Positions 13,812 through 25,100 of a DNA stretch of 64,000 nucleotides are shown piece after piece. Numbering within the stretch: position 1 is the first letter of the stretch; the number at the start of each line of letters is the position of its first letter. The notes under the pieces were generated by a model. It was given only the letters and a program-made list of their open reading frames with translations, ran no database searches and had not been told where the DNA came from. Location of the stretch: contig NC_068982.1 in NCBI RefSeq assembly GCF_001194135.2, positions 144,162,834 to 144,226,833 of the forward strand. Direction: 5' to 3'. The stretch comes from Octopus bimaculoides (lineage: Eukaryota). Both the position numbers and the translations under genes were made by a program.

Positions 13812-15891
13812 CTGAAATAAAAAAATAAAATCTAAATTTAAACCAAAGAATTAGTGAGGACAAACTTTGTGAAATTATGATCAAGAGAAAGGCATTTCAT
13901 TTAGTGAAAAGTCAGATCCATTATAAGATACAATATCCTCATCACAGCTTTCCTGCAATTCCATACAAGGCAATACAAGTGTGTTGCAAATTTTTTCTCA
14001 ATCTGAGAAATTAAACAAAATAATTTTGATTTGCAAAGAGCAAACCTATTTCAAAGAAATCCTGAAAACAAATAGAAATCTTAATGTACATCATGGAAGC
14101 CACCATTATAATTACAAAATACCAAAATTGTACCTGTCTAACATAACCCTTTTCAACAGCCACATTTTAAGTATCATAACTTAAAAAATCAAGAATTGAA
14201 GGCAAATGGTGAGGACTTATGTAGGCAGCAACTAATAAATAAATGAAAATTTGTCTGTAACATGTCAAAGTCAGTTGCAATGAGTTGAATCTGTTGTGTC
14301 AATATCTAAGCCCAAATGATTCATTTTCCCAGGGAAGTTTCACAAACACATCGATACAGAACTAGTTTTCAGTAATTTAGGTTATATGAATGAACAGAAT
14401 TCAGGCCAGGTGTTTCTAGTTAATATTAAGGAGATAAAATTTGTACATTAGACCATGGACTGTCTAAATATGAGTCTTAGCTACATTCACACTGAGGTTT
14501 ACTACAGCCTATTCACTGATTGTTTTTCACTCATAGTTTACCTTTATTTGTAGTAGTTATTCAATCTGCCATCTGAGGGAACATACCAGATAACCTATTA
14601 ACAAGCACACTTGGTCAAGTCAGTTTGTTCTGTTATTTATTACAGAAATGTATGACTATTCACTGGTTTTGCCTATATTGTGATCTTCAAGTATAACTAA
14701 TCAGGGAAGCTACAAATGCTAAGATATGTTTCCTGATACTGACATGATCTTCATGGCAATATTTCTTTACAGGGAACGAGAAACTCTATGATGAGATCAA
14801 GGAGAGCTGATCTGTAAATTTATAGCTCCAACCCACCTTTTTGTATGATAATAAAAAGAAAATAATTGAATTAGATTGTTATAAATTTAGACCAGGAAAT
14901 AATAGCTAGTTTTGTGGCACCTGACTCAAGGAATAGATATCAGCACCAACAGTGCCATACTAAACATTTAGCATTTAGATTGGCCATATTTGTCCCAAAT
15001 ATTCTGTTTTACATTCAAACCAGCCAGATCTAGCTTCTCACACTTATCCTATGATGTCATTCTAAAAATGAACAATCATGTCATCAAAATCTCAAAGCTG
15101 CAAGACCATGCATAGTTAATTCAAAACAATGTGAATAAATAAGTATTACACTTGACAGAGTAATCTAAATGCTAAAAGGTTAAAAATGCTGTTGAGATTG
15201 CATGTATTGGAAGGGCTGGTTCAAGCAGAATCAAAAACAGACTCCACTGAGATATAACAAATCTCAGTTGAGATTTGGAAGAATACTACAAAACAAATAG
15301 TAGAAAGGTAAAAAAAAAAAATTTTTTTTTAAATTCCTAAATATATAAACAATGGATAAAATAGTTTGATTCTTACATCTGTTCATCATTTAGCAACTAT
15401 TTGAAAACACCAAGTTATACGAGGTATATTCCCATCTCAATTTATTATAAATTTATCCAAAATTGATACAACATTGGCTTTGCCAAAAAACCCATTTTAA
15501 ACTTTATATACTGCAGTCATTACTTTGCCCGTCCTCAATCACCAATATTTAAACTATTACATATTAATTTCTCCTTACATCAACTGACTCCGTAACAGAA
15601 AATAAATAATACATATCCATCTGGTTTTAAACCATGAGAATCAAAATTCAATACAGAGAACAGGGTACACATAATTTTTATTAGTTGTGAAGTTACTTAA
15701 GTGATTCAAGGGCCTGGAATTCTGAGCCAAACTATTTGTCAAACTGAACAGGATAATTGAATATTCTAGAAAGTATCTTCAAAAACTGTTAAATTGTCAT
15801 GTGATAAAAGATTTTCAAGATCTACTCACAGATTGATGTATGTGAAAAGAAACTCAGCTTACATATACACATATCTATGTACACACAATGC

Positions 15892-15980
15892 ATATATATA
15901 TATATATATATATATAAATATATACACACAATATGTATGTATATATATATATATATATATATCTGTGTGTGTGTGTGTAT
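15892..15980. repeat. Compound (TA)n/(CA)n/(TG)n microsatellite
   Basis: Visible directly in the sequence. Confidence 0.95.
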
Positions 15981-18900
15981 CAATGTTTTCTCATTTATAC
16001 TTATTATACTTTTGGGATCAATAAAATAAGCATCAAACACTGGAGATGATGAAATTAACAAGCCTCTCCCTCAAAATTTTCAGGACTTGTGCCTATAGTA
16101 GAAAGAACTATGTGATTATATGAGTATTTGTTTATATTACATGTAAGCTGAATTTCATTTGCACACATACAATCAGTAAGCAGATTTTGAAATTCCTTAT
16201 CATCGCATGACAGTTTGATGATTTTTCAAAGAAACTTTCTAGAATAGTTACTTTTTAGCTTTTATGTTGTATCATAATGTTGTCTTCAGTTATTTCTATC
16301 AAGTTTTCATTTGCAGAATCTTCAATTCCAGACCAGCTTAATTCATTGTTAGCATCCTACAAGTCTCTTTCTCAAAATTTCACAAAGCTTCTCAACCTTA
16401 AGCTATTGAAGTGAATTCTATTTTAACCATTTAATGTCAGCTTAACAGTCAAATCATATCTGAGAGGCGCAAAGACTGATTGGTTAATGTCCTGCACTTG
16501 TATCCCTAAAGGTACTTTTTTTTAGCTTCAGGTGGAAACTTTGCACTCAAATTGATAGAAGTTAGAAAAACATTTCAATTATGAAATATCTGTCCCCAAA
16601 CTTTGAAACTAATATTTGAATTTGAAGAACCACTCAATTTATGTTTACAAAACAACACACACACACACAAAAATCTATACAATCCTTCAAACTGCAGTCG
16701 ACTCTTGTAGAAACTATCACACGCAATAAGTGCCAAACCTGTCTCTTTACTACTCAGTCCAGACACACATGAATATCATATACACTCATGAACACTATTC
16801 CCAAACATGGTGCTAGGATACACATCACTACTGGTATGTGCAAAAGAATGACTATTATTGTGCTGTAACAAAGTCTATCTCATCTGTTGCCATTGTGGAT
16901 TTACAAGCATAGAGATGACATCAACTTGCTAGAAAGAGCAGAGAAATCTCCTTCAAAATACATCTAACTCTTAAGTAAAGAAACAAAAGATTGTTAAGGC
17001 TGGAATGTCTTTGATCAGCCAGAGTTGACCTGAGGTTAAGTATTACAGCTATACTGCAATAGACTAGACAGTAGAGAAAACAGGGCATGACTAGAAAGTC
17101 ACACTGTATGTCATGCGATTAAACATTGGTGAAATGTGTAGTATAGCCCTAAGCTAAGTGGAATCATAGTTACATCTAACAATACTAAGCTGGTGCTACA
17201 CACCAATGACAAAAGCTTGTTATGTGTCTTGTTGGAGATGGTTGAAAACTATTAACAGACTGTAAAACTCAAGTAACTGGTTTGTGTGACACTGGAGTAA
17301 CAAATAATTATAATTGTTTCTATAAAAGCCATTTGAATGAGCTTACTCAGATTTGTTGATCACATCACCCATCACTATCCAGCATAACATTCAGAAAGTT
17401 AGCAGGAAAACAAGCTTGACAAAGATTAGGGTATAGTTTTATACTCAATAACTTTAATTTAATTAATTATACCCTAATCAGAATTTGAACTCAGAAGTGA
17501 GCATTTTTATCTGATATTATTACTTCTATTGGTTCCACAATTCTAGAAACAAATATTAAAGATAATGAAGGTATCTCAATGTAACTGCTCAGCTTGCTAG
17601 AAATGGCAACCAATCCTTCCACAAAATATGTTGCTCCACTCTCTTAATAAAGCAAGAATACATAGGATAACATCTTTGGGAAGGATGAAATGGTGATAGT
17701 TGATTTGGGGTTAAGATTTGCTTAGTCATGGCTGAGGTTAACACTGTCTAACCTCAGTTTAATAAATAATATGGACAGCAAAAAAAAAAACCCCATAAAT
17801 TTTGTCTACATTGCAAATTTTAAAAAAATGTTATTAAAATTATATTTCTTGGCCTATTTAATATTCTCCATTTTTGTCGCTATTTTATGCTGCAACAATG
17901 ACCAAAACAGTATAATATATATATATTATCATCATCGTTTAAGACATGGGTTGACCAGTCTGACAAGAGCTGGTAAGGCTAGGAGCTGCACCCAGAAAGG
18001 TTAACTTACTATACCTTATATTTGAAATTTCAACTTATAACACAGTATTATCATTTTATTCTGCACTCTGCAACAATGACTATAGTACCACTGTAACTCA
18101 AACTAAAATAGTGAAAATAATTGGGCGTCCAACAATATGCACCTTCCTTTTATTCATTAATAACACTCCTTATTTTTCAAATACTTTTGATTTCATACAA
18201 CACTGAAGGGCAACTATAGAAAATATATTATTTAACTTTCTGACATGATGATATCACTCAACTTTTAGATTAGTCTCTACTTTCTGATGTTGTCCTTGAA
18301 GTTATTGCAATCATTTATCTAAAAATGATTTAGCTCCTTTCCTTTTTTGTTTTTAATGAGTGTTTAAGCATTGAGTTCTGTGGGTTGAGTGGCTCTTCAA
18401 ATACATAAATTGGTATTTAATTACATCAGTAGATTTTTAAGAATTAGAGATAATTTCTAATTCAGCCACATGACTCTAAATTACTGGAGACCAGTTATTT
18501 ATAGTACCTTCAAAACAAAACAAAACTAACAACAGCTCAGCATTTAGTTTAAGGAGAATGTCAATGAGATATTAATCAACCTATTAAATTAGCCATTTCT
18601 CTCCCATTACTGGGAAAATGCCTTCCCATTATCTCTTCATAACTTTTGACTTTTGCATACCCAACCTCCAGTTTTTGTAATAGTGCTAGTGCTTTAGGAG
18701 TACTTGCAAATGTTGATATTATACTTGGCTGGTGAAGAGGAGTTCTTGTAGCACACTGCCCTACTGATCTTAGGAACTGTGGGTGGCATTTTATTTAATT
18801 CTGTTCATCCACAAAAAATTGCTATGAAGTTATTGGCTTCTATTAGTCGTTTGAAGATCTACAGTATCACACTAGTTATATGTCAGCATAGATTGGCAGT

Positions 18901-19593
18901 CAATCAAATCAACCTCAGTACTTGACTGGTACTCTACCAGCCTTACATAGATAAAAGCAAGATGACTTCAATGTAATTTAAACTGAGAACATGAAGAGCC
19001 AAAATAAAAACTGCAAAGTAGTTCAACATTATGATTCTGCTAGTCTACTTTTAATATCATGAAAATGATCACTAAATAGTCTTTGTTCTTTTTTTTTTAA
19101 CTCGGATAACAGATGTTCAGGGAAATTCCTTACAAGTCACACATTTTTGGCATGGGCTGGACAGGATCCAACCAGTTGTTGGACCACAAATTGCTCTAGA
19201 GTCTGTTTTGGCATGGTTTCTATGACAGGATGCTCTCCCTCATGTCAACCAGTTCACACAATGTAGTAGGTGCTTTTTCATGGCACCAGCACCAGTGAGA
19301 TTGTCTTGTAACTAGCAAGACTTAAGAGCCTCATCATCTGATAGGGAGTATAGTATAGTAGAGAAGGTGGCTTTATGTGAGGTATTGAGGAGTTAAAACA
19401 TGATGGGAGGGACAGGAACAAGTTTGTTGTTGTGTATAAGATTTATGATTAATCTGCATTATATATGGGTGAGAATAGGACTGGAAAGAAAAATGGAAGT
19501 GATTAGGTGCCAGAATGTATCCTCAAAGTACAAAAAAGTGAACAGAGGGGAGCATGGAGACAAAAGATCAGGAAGGGTGGTAGGTAAATATTC

Positions 19594-19808
19594 TTTTCTA
19601 CTCTAGGCACAAGGCCTGAAATTTTGGGGGAGGGGGCCAGTTGATTAGATCGACTCCAGTACACAACTGGTACTTAATTTACTGACCCCGAAAGGATGAA
19701 AGGCAAAGTCAACCTCAGCAGAATTTGAACTCAGAGCATAAAGACAGATGAAATACCGCTAAGCATTTTGCCCAGTGTGCCAACGTTTCTGCCAGCTCAC
19801 TGCCTTAA
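19594..19808 (-). mobile_element. tRNA-derived SINE with Nin/Deu-like domain
   Basis: gaccccgaaaggatgaaaggcaaagtcaacctc..gaatttgaactc; flanked by an imperfect direct repeat ggtaggtaaatatt / ggtgagtaaatatt. Sister copies at about 20700-20885 (-), 26132-26320 (+), 55000-55640 (several, -), 58840-58945 (-), 62330-62535 and 62565-62735 (+). Confidence 0.8.
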
Positions 19809-20974
19809 TGGTGAGTAAATATTACAAGAATGAGTGTTTGGTGGGTACTGAAAGATGGCTAAAAGTAGGGGTGTGTGAATATAACAAATGGCAAATCATG
19901 GATGAATTGAGGAGTAAAAATGTCAACAGAAGTGGCTCAAGGAAGAGGGATGAAGGGATGAGTGATGCAGAGCTTAAGGGTGGGGTGGGGTAAAGGTTGT
20001 AAGAGAGTGCAAGATAGAGATAAGAGTGGAGGTAGTCAGAGCTATATGTATATAGGGGTAATTATTTTTTATATTATGAAGGAGATGGACTGGCAGAATC
20101 ATTAGAATGTTGGACAAAAATGTCTTGGGACTGTATGTTCTGGTTCTTCACATTTATTGTTTAAATCTTGTTGAAGCTAAGTTCATATTTAATCCTTCTT
20201 GGAGTTAACAGAATAAAGTGCCTATCAAATACTGAGACTGTCATGTTTTAACTCCTCAATACCTCATATAAAGCCACCGTCTCTACTATACTCCCTATCA
20301 GAAGATGAGGCTCTTAAGTCTTGCTAGTTACAAGACAACCTCACTAGTGTTGGTGCCATGAAAAAGCATCTACCCACTCGTGTTTACATTTGAAGAGTAT
20401 TCAGGATTAAATAGTATCTATGAGATCTCTGATTAGTCCTAAGTACCTGTACCAACAATGGTAGTGTTTCATTTTATTGTATGTTATGTTTTTGTTGGTT
20501 CCCATTCCTGTTTTTTGCACTTGGTGTAAAGCCTCACCATTTTATGTGTCATTGAACTGTCCACAATTTGTCACCCTTACAACAATACAAGAAACTATTA
20601 TTACTATTACTACTACTACTACTATTAGTGCATCAACTTTCCATTTACTTCTAGCTATTAAAAAAAAACATCTTTGGTCAGTTACAATTATAATAATAAT
20701 TCTTTCTACTATAGGCACAAGGCCTGAAATTTCAGGGGAAGGGAATCGTCGATTACATCAACCCCAAAAAGATGAAAGGCAAAGTTGACCTCGGCGGAAT
20801 TTGAACCCAGAACGTAAAGATATGCAAAATACTGCTAAGCATTTCGTCCAGCATGCTAATGATTCTGCCAGTTCACCGCCTCCACAACTACAATAATTTC
20901 TTTTTTAATAACAGTTACAAAAGCAATAATAACAACAATGATATACATTTTCAAAAAGTTATCAATAGATTTGC

Positions 20975-20975
<1 letters not shown>

Positions 20976-21013
<38 letters not shown>
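20976..21013. repeat. Poly(A) run, 38 nt
   Basis: Visible directly in the sequence. Confidence 0.95.
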
Positions 21014-21015
<2 letters not shown>

Positions 21016-21389
21016 AAAAGAAAAATCTTACCTCCAGATTCTTTCTTCAAATTTCATTGTAGATGATTAGATGTGTCAATTTTTTTTAAAAACTAACACC
21101 AGATTCACCATTTTTTTAATGTACAATAAACAATGTGTGTGATTGTGTGTGTGTGTGTGTATATCTTTTCTTTTAAACATATATTATTAAAAACATGACT
21201 GTTCAAATTTTATCATTTTTGTTAAGCATTTTAAAAAATATTTTCATATTAACTCTTTATATTTGTGTCATCTACATGCAAGTAACACAGCTCACATCAA
21301 GTCTGCACCAACTCCATAAACAAGACCTTAAAATCATCTTCCATTGAAGTCATATCAATCTGGTCTTCTTCAACAGTTATAACTTTATC

Positions 21390-21610
21390 ACACCACATAA
21401 ACAGCACAAAAGCAAAGCTCTTGAAGATGCTTGCCTCACTATTACTGAGGATCTCTGCAGGCAAACATATTTTAACATCACTAAGATTATTTTTCTCTTC
21501 AGAGCCAGAAAATACTTCAGTCTTAATCTACAAGAAATCTCAAATGAAAGAGACTATGGACTACTGCTTTCACATTTGGAATTGTGCTGCTGCTACATGC
21601 ACATGAACAC
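21390..21610 (+). mobile_element. Degraded CR1/L2-like LINE fragment, same family as 3380-3860
   Basis: FLFRARKYFS followed, after a frameshift, by SQMKETMDYCFHIWN. Confidence 0.55.
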
Positions 21611-21693
21611 ATGTTAGACCACAACCAGACAAAGATTACTTGTCAGATGTGTTGTGTCTTCTCTTTATCTCAACAGTTTCTACTTCTCTAAAT

Positions 21694-21939
21694 TACATTA
21701 TTTACATATGACAGATTTTTGTCCTCATCTTGTTTGTTGTTAACACAATGTTTCGGCTGATATACTCTCCAGCCTTCATCAGGTGTCTTGAAGAAATTTT
21801 GAACCTAGGTTCTCATTCCTAAGGTATTTTTTGGTATTATTATTATTATTATTATTCAAGTCACTGCCTGGAATTGAACATGGAATCTTGGGGTTAGTAG
21901 CCCACTCTTAACCACTATGCCATATGCCCGTGGGCATAT
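21694..21939 (-). mobile_element. tRNA-headed SINE with a Penelope-type hammerhead motif in its tail (left arm of an inverted pair)
   Basis: Read on -: A box TGGCATAGTGG, B box GTTCAATTCC, (AAT)n linker, then GACAC-CTGATGA-AGGCTG...CAGCC-GAAAC-ATT-GTGTT. Confidence 0.8.
21742..21787 (-). ncRNA. Minimal type-I hammerhead ribozyme motif (probably decayed)
   Basis: CUGAUGA core; stem II GGCUG/CAGCC with a 10-nt loop; GAAA; stem I GACAC/GUGUU. Stem III reads CAUU where CGUU is expected. Confidence 0.65.
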
Positions 21940-22115
21940 TCCAGGCAGTGACCTGAATAATAATAACAACAACAACAACAATGAAAAATACCTCAGGAAT
22001 GAGAACCCAGGTTCAACATTTCAAGACACCTGATGAAGGCTGGAGGGTATATCAGCTGAAATGTGTAAACAACAAACAAGATGAGGACAAATATTCGTCA
22101 TATGTAAGTAATGTA
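21938..22115 (+). mobile_element. 5'-truncated inverted copy of the same SINE (right arm)
   Basis: Reverse-complement match to 21694-21873 over about 175 nt; contains GACAC-CTGATGA-AGGCTG..CAGCT-GAAA. Confidence 0.8.
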
Positions 22116-25100
22116 CATAACCCACCTTTCTTCATACCTGCATTAACCACTACACCCTGTCTCCCCAAATGTTAGCCCTTTGAAATTCCCTCTCCCTACA
22201 CATTTGTTTCTCACAGTCGCTGGTTTGCAACAGTTTAAGTCAATCACAAACACATTGTGGCTCACAGGACTTTCTGGGTGACATGCTTAAATAAAAGATT
22301 ACTTTGGATTTTTTCCAGCAGTGGTGCTTGCCCGATGATGAGTCATGTCCTGTGTAGCACACTTACTGAAAAAGATTACCCAAGCCTGACTTAGGCAAAA
22401 CATTAATAGCATCAATCTTACCAGACTTAGAGGGTACAGCCCCTTCCAGACCAAACTAATAAAACATTTCTTAATCCATTTATGTTCCTAGAACTTTCCC
22501 GTCTCATCTTCTAGATGAAGTGGTGATTAATAAGAAACAAAAGATCAGTTCCTGATTGCTAAAACTTTAAATCTGGCAATGAGGATATCATCATTAATGT
22601 CGTTCTAATGATTCTTGGCAATGATAAAATACTAATAACAACTGTCAATAATAACCACTCTACATCCTAAAGGTCAGACTGAAGAGATCTAGATTTGTGA
22701 ATGCACTTATTTTAATTCTTCCAAAAAAATACAAATAAACAAAGTTGAGAACAGTCATGTTCAAAATAATACATATATATATATATATATATACACACAC
22801 ATACAAGTTTGTGTGGTTTTTAAAGGCATAATATTTAATATCACTAATTAAATATGTGCAATGCAATATTCAGTATTTTGTTTTACATTTTGTTACAGAA
22901 GATGGCTTTGATTTTAGTAAATATGATTAGGGTTTTTCTTATATTCAAGAGAGATTAATGTGAAGGTAAGTGACTAAATTACATACCTTATGATAATGAA
23001 AACTAAAATACAATACATCTGGCTTTAAATAATAAGAAAACATATCAATTTTGGAGGTCTACTTGTTTAGTAAGTGACTTCAATCTGAGACAGTGTGCTA
23101 AAAACCTGAAGTAGTTCACATTGTAGAAGAGTCATTTTAACTATCCGAGGGTTATACTGGTAGTGTGTCTGTCACCAAGTTGCAATGATGCACCAAGAAT
23201 TTTGACAGCTTTTGAACTTTTGAAGAAATAATTGGAAAAGGATTTTATTTTGTTCATTTTACATCCTTTTTTTTTACTAATGTTAGCATGGGGTTATATG
23301 ACTATGCTATAAAGTAAGGGATTTCTTCTACCATACAGCTACAAAGGAACAAGCAAGAAAAATGCCAACGCATTGTGTGAATGACAGGCTTTTGAATTGG
23401 AAAGTGGCACACATAAATATATAAAAGGCTTCTTTTTCAGTTTTCATCAATCAAGTGCACTCACAAGGTTTTGGTTGGTTTGAGGCTCTTCATTCAAGGT
23501 GCCACACTGTAGAAAAGAACTTGACATCATGTGATTTGAAAGTGAACTTGTTAACCACACAACCATTTAATATATCAACATTATTCTTAAGTGGCCATTC
23601 ATTGCTAGTCAAGATAAGTGAATGATTGGCTTACATGTGGAATAGTCTAACAATTGGTATAGTGCTTCAAAAACACCACAACACTAGATTATAACTATTT
23701 AGGCTCCAGTTTCAAATTCCCATCCACTTGATTTACATCTAAGGATAGAGATAGAATAAGATGCAACAGTATAAGTGAACTGAACTGAAATGATTTGCAA
23801 CAAAGAATGAAACCAGTTTCCTGTTTTGGCTTGCAAAGAACTTACTTTTTTGCATATGGTGCTTGCCACCAGAGAAAAATAATTCTTTAAAATATGTAAA
23901 TAAAAGCAAAAAGCATGTAGAAGAGAGGGTGTATATAACAGATTCGGTTTCCATTATTTTTTTTTAATATATAATAGCAGTTATAGCAGAATATAGTAAG
24001 TTGAAGAATTCTTGCCCTGGTGTCAAATCCTGGTTGTTGTGATTTCTCTTCTATTTCACTTCATGCAGCTTAAATAATTAGAAAATGTATGAATAACACT
24101 CTTAATTTGCATCCTCTTATGTGGTTCAGCCACAAATGTTCAGAAATAATTTCCCAGTGGACAAATGTGATCTGTTCCTGTATTCCACTAAGATGGTGAC
24201 AGAGTACTAACATTATCACAATTTTGAAGACTATTTTGCCATGCTGTGGAGCTTTAATTCTTCTTGCAACCATAAAACTTTTTTTCTTATTGCTTAATCA
24301 CATTCATTATCTCCATACTCTATAGCTTGTATGAGTTGGTTTTATAAATTCAAATATCAGAAGAAAAGTTTTATAACAAGAGGTTTCTCATAAGATTGGT
24401 TAAGTTACCTGGTAAATATGAAAGCCATAGAGAAACATACACTTCCAGTAAGTAGCATGTGATGAAATCTATGCAACAGAGTTTGAAACTATAAAAATAT
24501 TTCAGCAACCAAAGCAATTTACTATCATTGTATAATTTATATTATACAAGTGACTGACAGCTGATGTGGTCCTCTCAAAATAAACATTCTTGTTATTGTT
24601 TGTAGGTCAGTCGTCAGTTAGCAATGTACACACACACACAAAATCACAAAGCATGCACTGAAAAGTTCAAAAGTAGCAGACAAGGTTTTTTTATTTTTTA
24701 CCTTAATACTGAACGGGAGGTATTTATTTAAGGGAATCACAATAATAATACTGTATGAGTCAAGCAAATTTGTTTGGAATTCCCTAAATGACATGGTTCT
24801 CATAATAACCAGTGATATAAGTCATACCTGGTCTAGTTTATAGAGTGACAGACTATTTGCTGAAAGGTTGATGGCTTCCTCCAGGCCACTGGAATTAGCA
24901 CAGCCAATGCAGTTAACTCTCACTGGCTCAGATATTCTACATGTACATACCATGGTTAAATATGTAAAGAAAACAGCATAAATAAATGCTTCATTAGTTT
25001 CTTCTTTAACAAAGTTCAGATCTTAAATGCCTGTAAACATGACAAAAAGTTGTGCATTGCAATGCTGTTTGATCTGTTCTACTTCCACATTGTTTCTGAG

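Noticed and set aside
15794-16061. ORFs rich in Y/I/C (also 20853..21062, 31127..31321, 56362..56613)
   Set aside because: Translations of (TA)n, poly(A) or purine-rich low-complexity DNA.
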